Origin: Tubulanus polymorphus
Taxonomy: Eukaryota; Animalia; Nemertea
NCBI RefSeq assembly: GCF_964204645.1
Contig: NC_134031.1
Coordinates: forward strand, 15,921,807-15,985,806
Direction: 5' to 3'
Length of the DNA stretch: 64,000 bases
Made by a program: the position numbers and the translations under genes. The notes below the pieces were generated by a model. That model was not told the DNA's origin and ran no database searches. It saw only the letters and a program-made list of their open reading frames with translations. Of this stretch, positions 25,401 to 37,400 are shown one piece after another; position 1 is the first letter of the stretch; each line of letters starts with the position of its first letter.

Positions 25401-28400
25401 AGAAACACTAAATTATAAGAGATAGAAGAAACACTGATTAATAATAGGTAGAAGAAACTAATTAATAAGAGATAGAAGAAACACTAATTAATAAGAGGTA
25501 GAAGAAACACTGATTAATTAGAGGTAGCAGAAACACTGATTAATTAGAGGTAGAAGAAACAATGATTAATAATAGGTAGAAGAAACTAATTAATAAGAGA
25601 TAGAAGAAACACTGATTAGAGGCAGCAGAAACAGATTAGAACTAGAAGCATTGATTAGAAGCAGAAACACTAATTAGAGATTGAAACACTAATTGAAAGG
25701 CAGAGGAAACACTAATTATTGGTTGAAAGCCCTGAATCTAATATTTGTAATGATTCCAATCTAATAATTGTAATGAGAGAGAGAGAGAGTAGCGTCAACA
25801 ACTAACCGAGATTCATTACAGCTTCGAGAATCAACGAAAGCTGTCGACATTTCAACAAACAATCCAGACCGTATGTCGTACGGTTGCAAAGACGTTTCGA
25901 ATCGGTGACGTTGCGATTCGCGTCCGATATTCGTTTACGCGCGTTGATGATCTTCTTGTTTTTGACGTTACGACGTATCGAGTGACCGCGCCAAAAAGCC
26001 TGTAATATTGAAAGAAATTTGGTGTCAAAATTCAACGATGCTTTAAAAACGGAAAACGAATCCCGAATTCGATGAAATATCCTGACCCATTTTAACAGTT
26101 GTGAGTTAAGATTTGAAAATAAACTAATTTTAACTCTAACTCGTGACTGTGGAACTGGATCCTTAACAATACCTGTATGATCCTTGATGCTTTATCTCGT
26201 ATTTTAACGGCCTGATGTCTCTGAATCCATTCTCTTACATGTCTCTGTATTATCACAGCCGCCGATCTCTTTGTCCGGTATCGTTTTTGCGTTAGCTTAG
26301 CGCGTGTCCATCTCTATAAAATACAAAACGTTTAACTAGGGTTATTTGTGGTTACTTTCAACTAACAGAAGTTTATCTAATTAATTGAAGAGTTAGTAAT
26401 ACATATATATAGTGGTGAACTGAAATATCAGTGTGATAGATTGTCGTAGTTAAATCTTCATATTTTTGCCCGTTCATATAAACTTCATACACTGTAACTA
26501 GCCTAAATTGATTTCAATACCTGTATAATTCGAGCTGCATCGTCTTGTATTTTAATGGCTTCACGTTTTTTAATCCATTCTCTTACGAATCTCTGTATTA
26601 TCACAGCTGCCACTTTCCTTTTCTCATTTCTTCTTTGAATCTACACGTAGAATACAATTGAGAAAGCGTTTCAATTTTGAGGCCAAAGATTGGAGCATGT
26701 GTGTTGGTTTTCAACCAGAATTGGCTCAAGATATTCAGGAAAAGCATATTAATCTGTAAACCTGATAGAAGCGGCTGGTACAGTTTGTTATCCGGAATTG
26801 ATATAATTCCTAAACGGGAACATGTTCAATCAAAACCCAGCTAAGAAATGATTAAGTTTGAGTAAGACTTACTTCGAGGATTCTTTCCTGTCGAATGTTC
26901 GCGAAGCGTTCTCGCGCTATCGCACCTCTGACGATCGCTTGAATCCGCGTAATCGCGCGAATCGTTGACGCGTACGCCGATCTCGCTCGGCGCATACGGA
27001 ACCACGACTGTATACGAACAGCCGCGCGTATCATACGCGTTTCGCGATGGCTGCGCCAACGTTTCTGAATCGCGATCGCCGCCACGCGCATCTTCTTCAG
27101 GTCGTAGCGTTTTCTCGCGAGTGTACCTCGCACGTGGGACTGCACGGTGATCAACGCTCCTAACATAACTAGATATTCGTATCGTACGCGCCGTGCCAAC
27201 ACGCACGCGCGCCAACGTCGCTGTATCTCAATAACGGCGCGTCGTGTCCGGGTAAACCGCAGCTTAATGACGCGCATACGCCAATAAGATTGGATCGTCA
27301 AGGCGGCCGATATTCTCCGCGCTTGAACTCGACGGACGAGGTATCCTCTATACGCCGACTGAATGCGCACAGCAGCGTGCGTCATCGCCGTAAGCCTAAC
27401 CACCGCGTTCCTCGTCTCAACTCGCGACCGGTAACGTCTCTGAATAATCAAAACCACCGCGCGTAATGCCTCGAACTGACCTCTCTGACAACGAACTTCT
27501 CGTCGAGCGCGGAATCGCCGTTGAATGACGATCGCAGCATTTTTCAAACGCAGGAATCGACAGCGAATGAACCGACCGCGAACGCACGCTTGTATTGTAA
27601 CGGTCGCCGAACGCCGCTCGAGAAATCTACGGCGACACGACCAACGCCTGAACGCCGATTGAATCGCGATACACGATCGGATCACACGTGCCAACTCTTC
27701 GCGTTCGCCGCGAGCTACGCGATATCTCCGGTAGAATTTCTGAATCGTGACCGCGGCCCGGCGAATTCGCTCGAATCGACGCGCGCAGCAAATCTGACGC
27801 CGACTACTCTGAATTACGATCGCCGCGCGACGCAATCGTAAATAACATTCACGCGCGGCGAACATGCGATAAAACGCTTGAATACAAACGATGGAATCAC
27901 GCCGTTTAAGATAATCAGCGCGGATCGACCGAGCTGCCTTCGTAGCTCGATAAAAGCGTTGAATCGTGATTGCGGCTTGTTTCTGACGGACGAACCGACG
28001 CCTCAGTAAGAAAGCGCGAACGCACGATTGGACGCACATGGCGGCCAATTGCTGCCGGCGGTATCTCAAACGCGCGAGCCACCCGCGTACGACCGCCTGT
28101 ATCGCGATGCACGCCCCCTTACGGACGAGAAACTCGACGCGTCTGGAATACCCTCGATACGTTTTCTGAATCGTAATCGCCGCCCATTTCCGTCGTGCGA
28201 ATTCCCGACGCGCTGAAAACATCCGCCAAGCGGACTGAATCGCGATTGCGTTCAATTTCTTCTGTTCGTAATTCCGGCGCTGCGAATATCGACGCCATGC
28301 CGACTGGATGATAACAGCCGCGCCGTCCTGACGCCGCCGATCGGCCTCGTCTAATCTACGCCTGATCATCCGACGATACGATCTCTGAATCGTAATAACC

Positions 28401-31400
28401 GCCATCGTCAATCGTAGCAATTCGCACCGAACTTTTCGCCCTCGCCAGATCGCCTGCGCACGGATGACTGCGTTTTTCAGCTTGGCGTATCGCTGACGCG
28501 TCGCGCGACCGCGGACGATCGCTTGGATACGAACGACCGCGTCTCTCCTCCTCGCAAACGCATGTCTCGCATCTTTCCGGGCGCGATAATTCGAGTAAGC
28601 GCGTTCGATAACCAGTGCTGCCCGTTTCATCGCAATGAATTGTTTACGTAGCTTGTAAGCGCGGAATGAACGCTGGATTAAAACGGCCGATTGTCTCCAC
28701 AATGCGAACTGACGTTGTGCTAGTCTCATCCTGACTAACGTCTGCACGACGACCGCCGCTGATTTGACTCGTACGAACTCACGTCTGGTCGACTGCGCCA
28801 GTTTGAAATGGCGATACCGACTCTGAATAATCCGCGTAGCTCGTAGAAGCCGCCGGTATTCGTTTCGCCGGGCGTACGTTCTATAAAACGACTGTAGAAC
28901 GACAGCCGCACGTTTCTGTTCGAGGAATCGCAGTCTGCAACGAGTCATTCGGAAATAAGACTGAATCGTCGTAGCAGCGCGTTCGCGTCGTTCTTGTTTC
29001 TTCCGTAAGAACGAACGGAACACCTGCTGAATTATACACGCCGATTCCTTACGCCGCAAGTACATCTCCCTGACGGCGCTTCCTAGCTTGTAACTTCTGT
29101 AAAACTTCTGAATCGTCGAAGCAGCTTCGGATCTCTGTATTCTAAGACGGTACGCTATATACGCCGTTTCGACGGTCAGGACCGCTCGCTTCGTCGTTAC
29201 GAACCGCCTTCTATCGTTGACCATTCGAACGTAGCTCTGTATGGAAACGGCCGCCGATTTCATTCTCGCGAATTCTTCTCGCGTGCGCTTTGCGAGTCGA
29301 CCGCGCCGATAGACGCTCTGCGCGATCGATGCCGCGCATCGCAATGACAAGAATCTCCGGCGATGAACGTATGCGCGGAAACTTGTCTGAATCGCGACGG
29401 CCGCTCTAACCATGCGCGAATAACGCCGACGATACAGCATCGCGCGTAGATTCTTCTGAACCACTACCGCAGCCGATCTGACGCGTCTGAATTCGTCGCG
29501 CTGTCGAGACATCGTTCGATACACGCGGAAACGACTCTGAATCAGACGACAAGCTCGCGTCACTCGTCGATAGCGCTCGCGTTCTCGGTAACCGCGCCAC
29601 GACGCTTGGATGCGTATTACCGATGCTCGTAGGCGCTGGTATTCTCGGCGCTGGCGACTCGTGCGATACGCCGTCTGAATCACCGTACTCGCAATACGTA
29701 GCTGCAGGAATCTCATACGACAAAGTTTCGTCAGCACATGGCCGCGATAACGCTCTCGGATAATACCGGTGGCGACCGTCATCCTCGCGACTTCAAGACG
29801 CACTAGTTCACCCCTCCACCACGACTGAATCGCGACAGCCGCCCGGATACGAATTCGATTCTTGTAACCGAGATACGACCGGAACGCCCTCTGGATGTAG
29901 ACGGCGGCGCCGCGTCGCTGTAAATACGAGTAACGATCGCGTAACGTCGCTAATCGACCGCGATAAAACGTCTGCACAAATCGAGCGGACGATTTCAGTC
30001 GTTGATATCGACGACGACAGACGCACATTCTCCACGCGGATTGAATCGTCAATGCAGCTTCCGATTCGCGATGATTCCGTTTCGCAAGCAAGTAACGCCT
30101 GATATTCCTCTGAATGACGACTGCCACGGTTCTCTTCCCTACGAATTCCGATCGCGCGTTTAACATCAGTTTTGTAGCGCGGAATTTGCGTTGAATCGTT
30201 CGAACTGCTCGTAGGATTCCGACGTATCGAGATCGACATCGATACGTTCTGAACGCCGATTGAATGATCGTAGCGGCGCGGTGTTCTCTGGCGACGCGTC
30301 TCTGCGAGAGGAACCTACGAACGTACGCCTGAAGGAAAAATATCAATAAATTGATAACTAAGACTTAGATTTTCGATGTGAATCGTAGAGTTCAGGTAAC
30401 TGTCAATCCAAGCGATCACAAAATAAATCTAATTTTCTAATGAGCATGAACAGTTCATTTAACCTCTTCGCTACCATGCGTGACGTATATTTACGTCGCA
30501 AATAACGACCTTCTCTCACCATGCGCGACGTATATTTACGTCGCAAATATATTCATTTACTTCAATTGCTGGTGTGGTGAGTCACTGCGCCGCTTGTGTA
30601 TAGATGTACTAAATAATCGTCTGCTTCAATTTAGTTACACTATTGACTCATATATGGCGAATCAGTGCCTCAAATACTGAACTGAATCGAAAATAAATAT
30701 GAATATGGGAAAATGCTCTGGTGGGGGGCGTTACATTACCTATGGTAGCGAAGAGGTTAACATGAACAACTTCGGGATATTCGCTCTTCACGGTAAATTC
30801 TGATTTTTAAAAACATTTTCAATAATCAATAATCCTTTACCTGTAAAATGACCACAGCTCTGGTTTTCTTCTCTTTGATCAATCGTTTACGTCTGGTCAG
30901 AAACAGACGGACGTGTTTCTGAATGACTCGAACAGCGGTTAGTTTAACCTTGAAAATAATAGAAAACACAAATAACAGGTGCAACAAGACAAAAACAACT
31001 GCGCTAGTTCTGAATAAAGGTCAAGGGATAGGGTAAGGTTGAGTGCATTATGTAGTTAAAATTCGGAGGGATTCAACGATCCTCGATGGTCTAGAGGGAA
31101 GACGCTTTGCTAACAATATGCTGACCTGGCTTCGAATATTGTTCTACGAATATCTAAATATGGCATAAAAATCTAGCTTAGAGCGAGCGGTGTGGACGAG
31201 TGGTTAGAGCGTTCGACTGCGGGAAGCCAGGTCGTGGGTTCGAAATCCCTTACATTGCCGTAGTATCCGCGGGCAAGACACTTATCCTCATTGTCACTCT
31301 ACACCCAGGAGTGAATAGTAACCTGGCCTGATTCACGGCTCCTGAGCACCTAGCAGTTGCTCGGATGTTACTTTTCCCAAAGGAGAGATGACTGATACAT

Positions 31401-34400
31401 GAATACAGGCTGGGAGTAATACCAATTTTAAAGTGCAATTGTACTAGACTCCATTTAGGATACCTGGGCTATATAGATGACTAATATTATACCCTACCCA
31501 GTAGTTTGTTAAAAGCGCTGTAAATAAAGCCTGTGTGTATAGATAAACTCATATTTTGGTACGCTTACATTTTTATGAGCTACGAGTTTCGTCAATCGGT
31601 ATTTTCTCCACGCGGCCTGTATGACGCGAGCCGCTCGACACTCCGAGCGAATATCCATCAGTCGCGCGCACAGAAACGACACGTACGTGATGACGACTTT
31701 CTCGTCGGGAATTGTGTTCGACATGTCGATCGATTTAACCATTAACGGTATACCGCCGAGTTCAGAAACCTGAAATATTCATCAAATCACTGAGAAATCT
31801 GAAAGATTAGAACTAACGAAAGCTATGAGATCACTGTAGACTCGACTCATGTTTTTCCCAGTTGGTGAGGAAGTGCTTGCATCACTTCTATGTCCCTCTA
31901 TGTACTATAGACTCTAATAAGATAAAAACCCACTATCTACAGATTAAAAGAATTTAAAAACAAGAATTTATTTATTCAATCTAAAATATATAGAAGACAC
32001 GACAGTTTCAATCTCACCCTGGAGATCATCATCAGGTGTCAGGTCACATGATCTCTAGGGTGAGATCGAAACGTCGTGTCTTCTATATATTTTAGATTGA
32101 ATGAATAAATTCTTGTTTTTAAATCCTTTTAATCTGTAGATAGTGGGTTTTTATCTAATCATCCGTTGACCACGTTTGAGTGTGGTTATCGTTCTACTAT
32201 AGACTCCTTAATCGGTAATGTCTATCTCGGAAAACCATTAATTTGGTGTTTAATTCTTTACACTACTCGGTAACCGCCTAATTGGGTAAAAAATACCCTG
32301 GTACCAACTATACCAATTTAGGTGTAGTCTATTTCTCAAAATTGAAGGAGTTTTTAACGAGTCTCAGGCATTTTGCTCAAATTAAAGCTGTTTCAAGCAC
32401 CTTTAAAAGCATTTTCTTTACGAACCCAGTAAAATTCTGGGCAATGATAATTTTTAGAGGACAAAATTCATAATTTCAGACCTTTTCATGGACGAGTTTG
32501 AAATTTATCTTTTCATTCGCCAACAGTTCGTGGTAGATTTTTGGTCGGCCGGTCGCTGAAAGACAATTTCGTGTATGAAACTTTACTTCAAATACGGACC
32601 TAAAAATCACTGTACGAGACTTCGAGAGTTCGGAAATAAAATATCTACCGGGACTGTAGGAGAGCCAGGAACTACCGTGGTCATCATCGCCACTGGCGTC
32701 GCTGTCGTCGTGTTTATCTCCCGATAACGTCTGAGTCGTTTCCATTTTGATATCGGTGAGCGGCAGTAACCCGGGGTGATAGTGATGGATGATACAACAC
32801 AAAGCTCGACCATCGGAAAATGAGACGGTGAAATTTTCCACCTATGATAAATACAGCACTCCTCAATTTGAGTAAATCTGAATAGACTGACAACTCATTA
32901 ATCGCTTCACAGAATATCGCCGATGATTTTTGGATGAGGTTTCATAAGATACCAATAATTTATTATTATACCTTCATTGCGTAGTAAGAACAGACCACCT
33001 GGCACCATTTCAACAGCAAACTTAAACACGGTGATTTGAAGTAGAGATCATCGGCATTACACGACTGTCGACTTCGCGGAAGACCTGAAGTAGATGATAC
33101 ATACAACTAACCATCGAGCTGGATATACGATTCAAATTGTTCCAAGATAATTTTGTCCGCTTTGAGTCTTTTACTATCTTTGGAATAAGTAACCTTACCA
33201 TTGACATTTTAGTCCATTCTTAGTTACTTTTAAATCTTAAGTGAAGACATAATTTTACTATTCTCAGATTCTTTATTCCTGATCTATTGTATTCATGATT
33301 TTTAAAATTTCTACACCTATCACTTCACTTCTTAATTTGTAAGCCAAAGAGTATATTCTAAATTATGGCAATTACTTTGATCAATAAAGAATTAGTTCTA
33401 GGCCTACCTAAAGCCGTATCTTCATCGTTATTGAAAGCTTCCAGCTCTCGTTGCAGGTTCAAGTTCTGCTTGAGGAAATGGATTTCGTCTTTCAGCTGCT
33501 CCTCGTCGACCAAAACATTGACCTTTAAATGTCACAGTAAAATAGACGTAAAATTATATAGAAATACATGAACGAAGACACAAATTTACCGGTATATGAA
33601 ATTCCAAAACTGGGGTCAGTTGCTCAAAAGTTGGTTTTAGATAACCGGTGGATAAATACCATATAGTAATAATGAAGTTTTAATTGTCACTATGTCAACT
33701 AGCCACTATGTTAACTCTAACCAACCTTTGAGCAACTGCAGCCCCTGGTCTATAAATAATGTACCTGGTAATTGAAGATCAGTTTCCACATCAAAGCGAG
33801 TGTTTTCTGTCGCTGTCCATCGACGATATCTTTCGGAGTTATTTTGCCTCCTTGCACGCATTCGACGTCCAATCCGATCGACACGAGCTTCTTCAGAGCG
33901 ACTTCTACGTTGTGTACTTTTTGAAGTCGACTGATTGCAGGAACTCGCAGACCGACGGAAAGCGACCAGTCTTGCGTTAACAGTTCAGTTATACGCCTAC
34001 AGAGAAATTCAGTACGCTACTAGAAGCACAGTGTTCTTGCAAATCACAGGGAATCCAAAATTCTCTGATACATTTCCCTGGTTGAATTATTATATGATAT
34101 CCTCAGCTTGTGGGAGATGTTTTTTATTAAGAGGTTCCTTGTGCCACTCATCATCATTAAAAGCAACAAGACACCAAAAATTCAGATTCTCTGACTTTTC
34201 ACTGATTTTCAAGAAAAGTCAGAATTCCCTGATCCGTAAGAGCCATGGAAAAATTTCAAATATTTCTGATATTTTTCATGCCATTCGCCAGAAATTGAAA
34301 ATTTTAAGTATTATCAAAATCTAGAAAAAACTAATTCTCATTTACTTCAGAAAGTAAAGACTTGTTACTTACGTCAAGCGAAGTCCATCGCGAAGATCAA

Positions 34401-37400
34401 CGGCCAAATTCGTCGAGCCGTAATCATATTCATCCAGCGCCGTCTGCACGTGATCAACTGCGTAACCTAGGTAACCGAGATGTTTCGTAATGTCGCCTTC
34501 GCCGCTCAAATAATCGCGCGCGAACTGAATCAGTAAATCTCTGCTACTCTGTAAACGAGCATTCATAGAATATATATATATTTCTTGTTAAAAGAAACTA
34601 AATGTAATGAGCAAACCCACAGTTGATGATATAACAGTTATTCTGAGAGTTTCTCTATTTAGGTAAAAAACTTTGAAACTCAACTGTTGATTCTGCTCAT
34701 TTACTCTGAAATTCCCTGCTATCATAATTATCATAAGATATCTTCAGATCTTTACAAGAGGTACCTTGTACCACTCGTCACCAGCAAGAACGACAAGATA
34801 CCAAAAATTATAAATTCCCAGATTTTCCCACAGCAGGGAAAAATATATCCGGAATTCCCTGATCTGTAAGAACCCGGCTTACCTTGATCGGTGAATCTTT
34901 ACAGAAAAGGCAAGGATCATGCGTGATCAGCCGCGCCGACTTTGCCTTATCCAAAAACAAAACCAACATCAGGTACTTCTTAAGCGTGAATTTTGCCAAC
35001 GCATCATCATAACCTTAAATCAATAAATAGATCGTTAATGAACATTTCATCCCACTCGGGGTAGATATTCTATTTTAGTTTTGCAGGTACGTACCTGGTT
35101 TGAATAAGTGCGGAACTGTTGGGTGCGCGTATTCCTGAGCTATATCCGGATTACTGAGCAATCGCGTCAGAATGTACCGCGATAAACCGACCACGTCACT
35201 GGACGATGACAGAAGCAGCAGTTCACCATAAATCGTCTGCAAATATCGGTAAAACAATAAATTCATACAGGATATACAGTAGAAATAACGGATGTCATGG
35301 TTTCTATATTACTGACCTCCATTCCGATACGTAGCCACAGTGGATTGTACGATAGAATCAGATCTAGAATTTTCTGTTTAATGCCTACAAAATAATATGA
35401 AAATTCACAAATCCGCAAAAACCGGACATCTGCAAAATAAACTAACCTGCCAAGAGCCCTAAGTTCAACCCACTCATACTAGCAGACCCAGTTCCACAGT
35501 CAATTTTACTAGTTAGCTACCTGGCTGGGGCCAGTTGCTTAAAAGTTAGAGTAAACCAGCAGATATTTTGCATAGTGACAATTAAAAGTTTATTGTTACT
35601 ACAGCTGTTATTTATCCGCCGGTTAACTTTAACCAACTTTTGAGCAACTGAGCCCTTGTAATTGAACCGTACAACTGGGTGCGGAATTCTAATTTGTGGA
35701 GGATTGTTGATAGTCATTCCCCGCGTTAATCTAGTCTCAGTCGGTCATAGAGCCTTCGCGTACTCTGCCCCAGCACTCAGGAATACTTTACCTAGTCCGA
35801 TTAAATCTATTCCTTCAAACGATGTTTTTAAATAGAAGCTCAAAACCGATTTGTTCATCAAAGCTTTTAACTCGTTTTAGTTTTCACTGTCTCTATGTTC
35901 TACGTAAAGCCAGTGAGCATATTCTAGGCTGAATGAATTGCCATTATCAATTATTATCGATAATTAACTCAAACCTACCGACATCAGCGTGTAATTTCCG
36001 ATCTTTACGAATATTCAAATGTCCGCATTCGATCTCCGACTCCAGTTTCTGTATGATACGAACGATCGGCGACGACTGGAACAACCAGCAACACTGACGC
36101 CGTAGCTTATCCAAACGACGTCGCGCGGCGTACGCGCGAAACGACAGCGTCTCGCGCGTCGGTGCGATCTTATCCGCGACTCGCGTCGAGGAATCCATCG
36201 ATATTGCTCCAGCGTCCACTGAAATAAACCCAACATCTCGAGAGTCAATGGCTGGTAGAGTTAACAAGCAAAAACCCACAGTTGATGTCAATTACATTAA
36301 CTGTGGGTTTTTACAGTAATAATTCATTCTTTTGACTAAAGTTTGTCATCCGAGAAAAGAAAATAACATACCGGTAATAAGGTTAAAACGTCGATATTTT
36401 TTAGAATTACGGTAGGCCTATTTCATTATTATGACAGTTTCAAATTTTTCAATTAACTTTATCATCAGAGAAACGAAATAATATGATTGATAAAATGATA
36501 ATACATGAATATGTTTTTTTGGTTTCTGATGAAGTTTAGGCTTTGGTAAAAACTTCGAAACTGTTGGCATAAAATATTAAATCATCAACAGGTTTTGCTC
36601 ATTAAAGCAAATCGATATAAAAAGCTTTACAATCAATACCATGTTTTCCACAAACGTTCGTTAGAGCTGACTTAATGATTGAATTATTTTTCTCTTTCGC
36701 ATTTTGTAAAATTTCTTATTACCTTTCTGTTTCTGTTTACCGTTATCTTCCGGCGGCGTTAACAGGAAGTTCATCCAGCAGACGAAGCCTCTTTCCTGCT
36801 TCTCCATCCAACGTTCGTCGTAGTACATGTTTTTAGCGGCAAACGGCAACGGATGTTTGGGCAGAGCTGAAAATGTACCGGTAATATACAACGCATTATT
36901 AGAAGGATTACGCAATGCATACCGATCAGGGTGGCCACTTGCTTTCCCCGCGGGCCAATCCCTAACATGACTTTCCCCTGACTTGATCAACTAAGAGCCC
37001 AATCAATTAACACAGTCAAAAACGTAAAGCATAGGATGGGAACTGTTCAATTTTATGTGCGATTTAACAATCTCAACTCCCTGACTTCGAAAACAAACAA
37101 ACAAAAATCGCTGACATTTCCCTGATTTCCAGGTAAGTGGCCGCCGAGTAAATACCTGAATAAGAGTTGTTATTATTATTTACCTGTCATCGTCGATCTT
37201 CGATTCAGAACTAATCGAGCTTGCGCGACACCTTTTACCGAATTCGTTCTCAGTTTCGTATTCAGCGTCGGTTTTACGGGAGGAGCCGTCGTTGTTTTAG
37301 CCGCTGACGCTGCCGCCGCAGTCGGTTTGTCGTTACCACTCTTCTTCTGCGCAGCTGAGAAAAGTATGAAATAATTCAATAGTTTTAATTGATTAGCGAA

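Noticed and set aside
24086-25718. CRISPR-like array
   Set aside because: Units are contiguous with no unique spacers, there are no cas genes, and it lies in a eukaryotic intron.
26965-30239. Short antisense and alternate-frame ORFs over the IQ exon (likewise over 37425-40482, 10892-11293 and 59112-59857)
   Set aside because: Expected shadows of GC-rich coding exons; no recognisable domains.
31181-31255. tRNA gene
   Set aside because: A/B boxes are present but there is no proper acceptor stem; it continues into a SINE body shared with 7811-8100. A further degenerate A/B-box head at ~31080-31140 is also not a tRNA.
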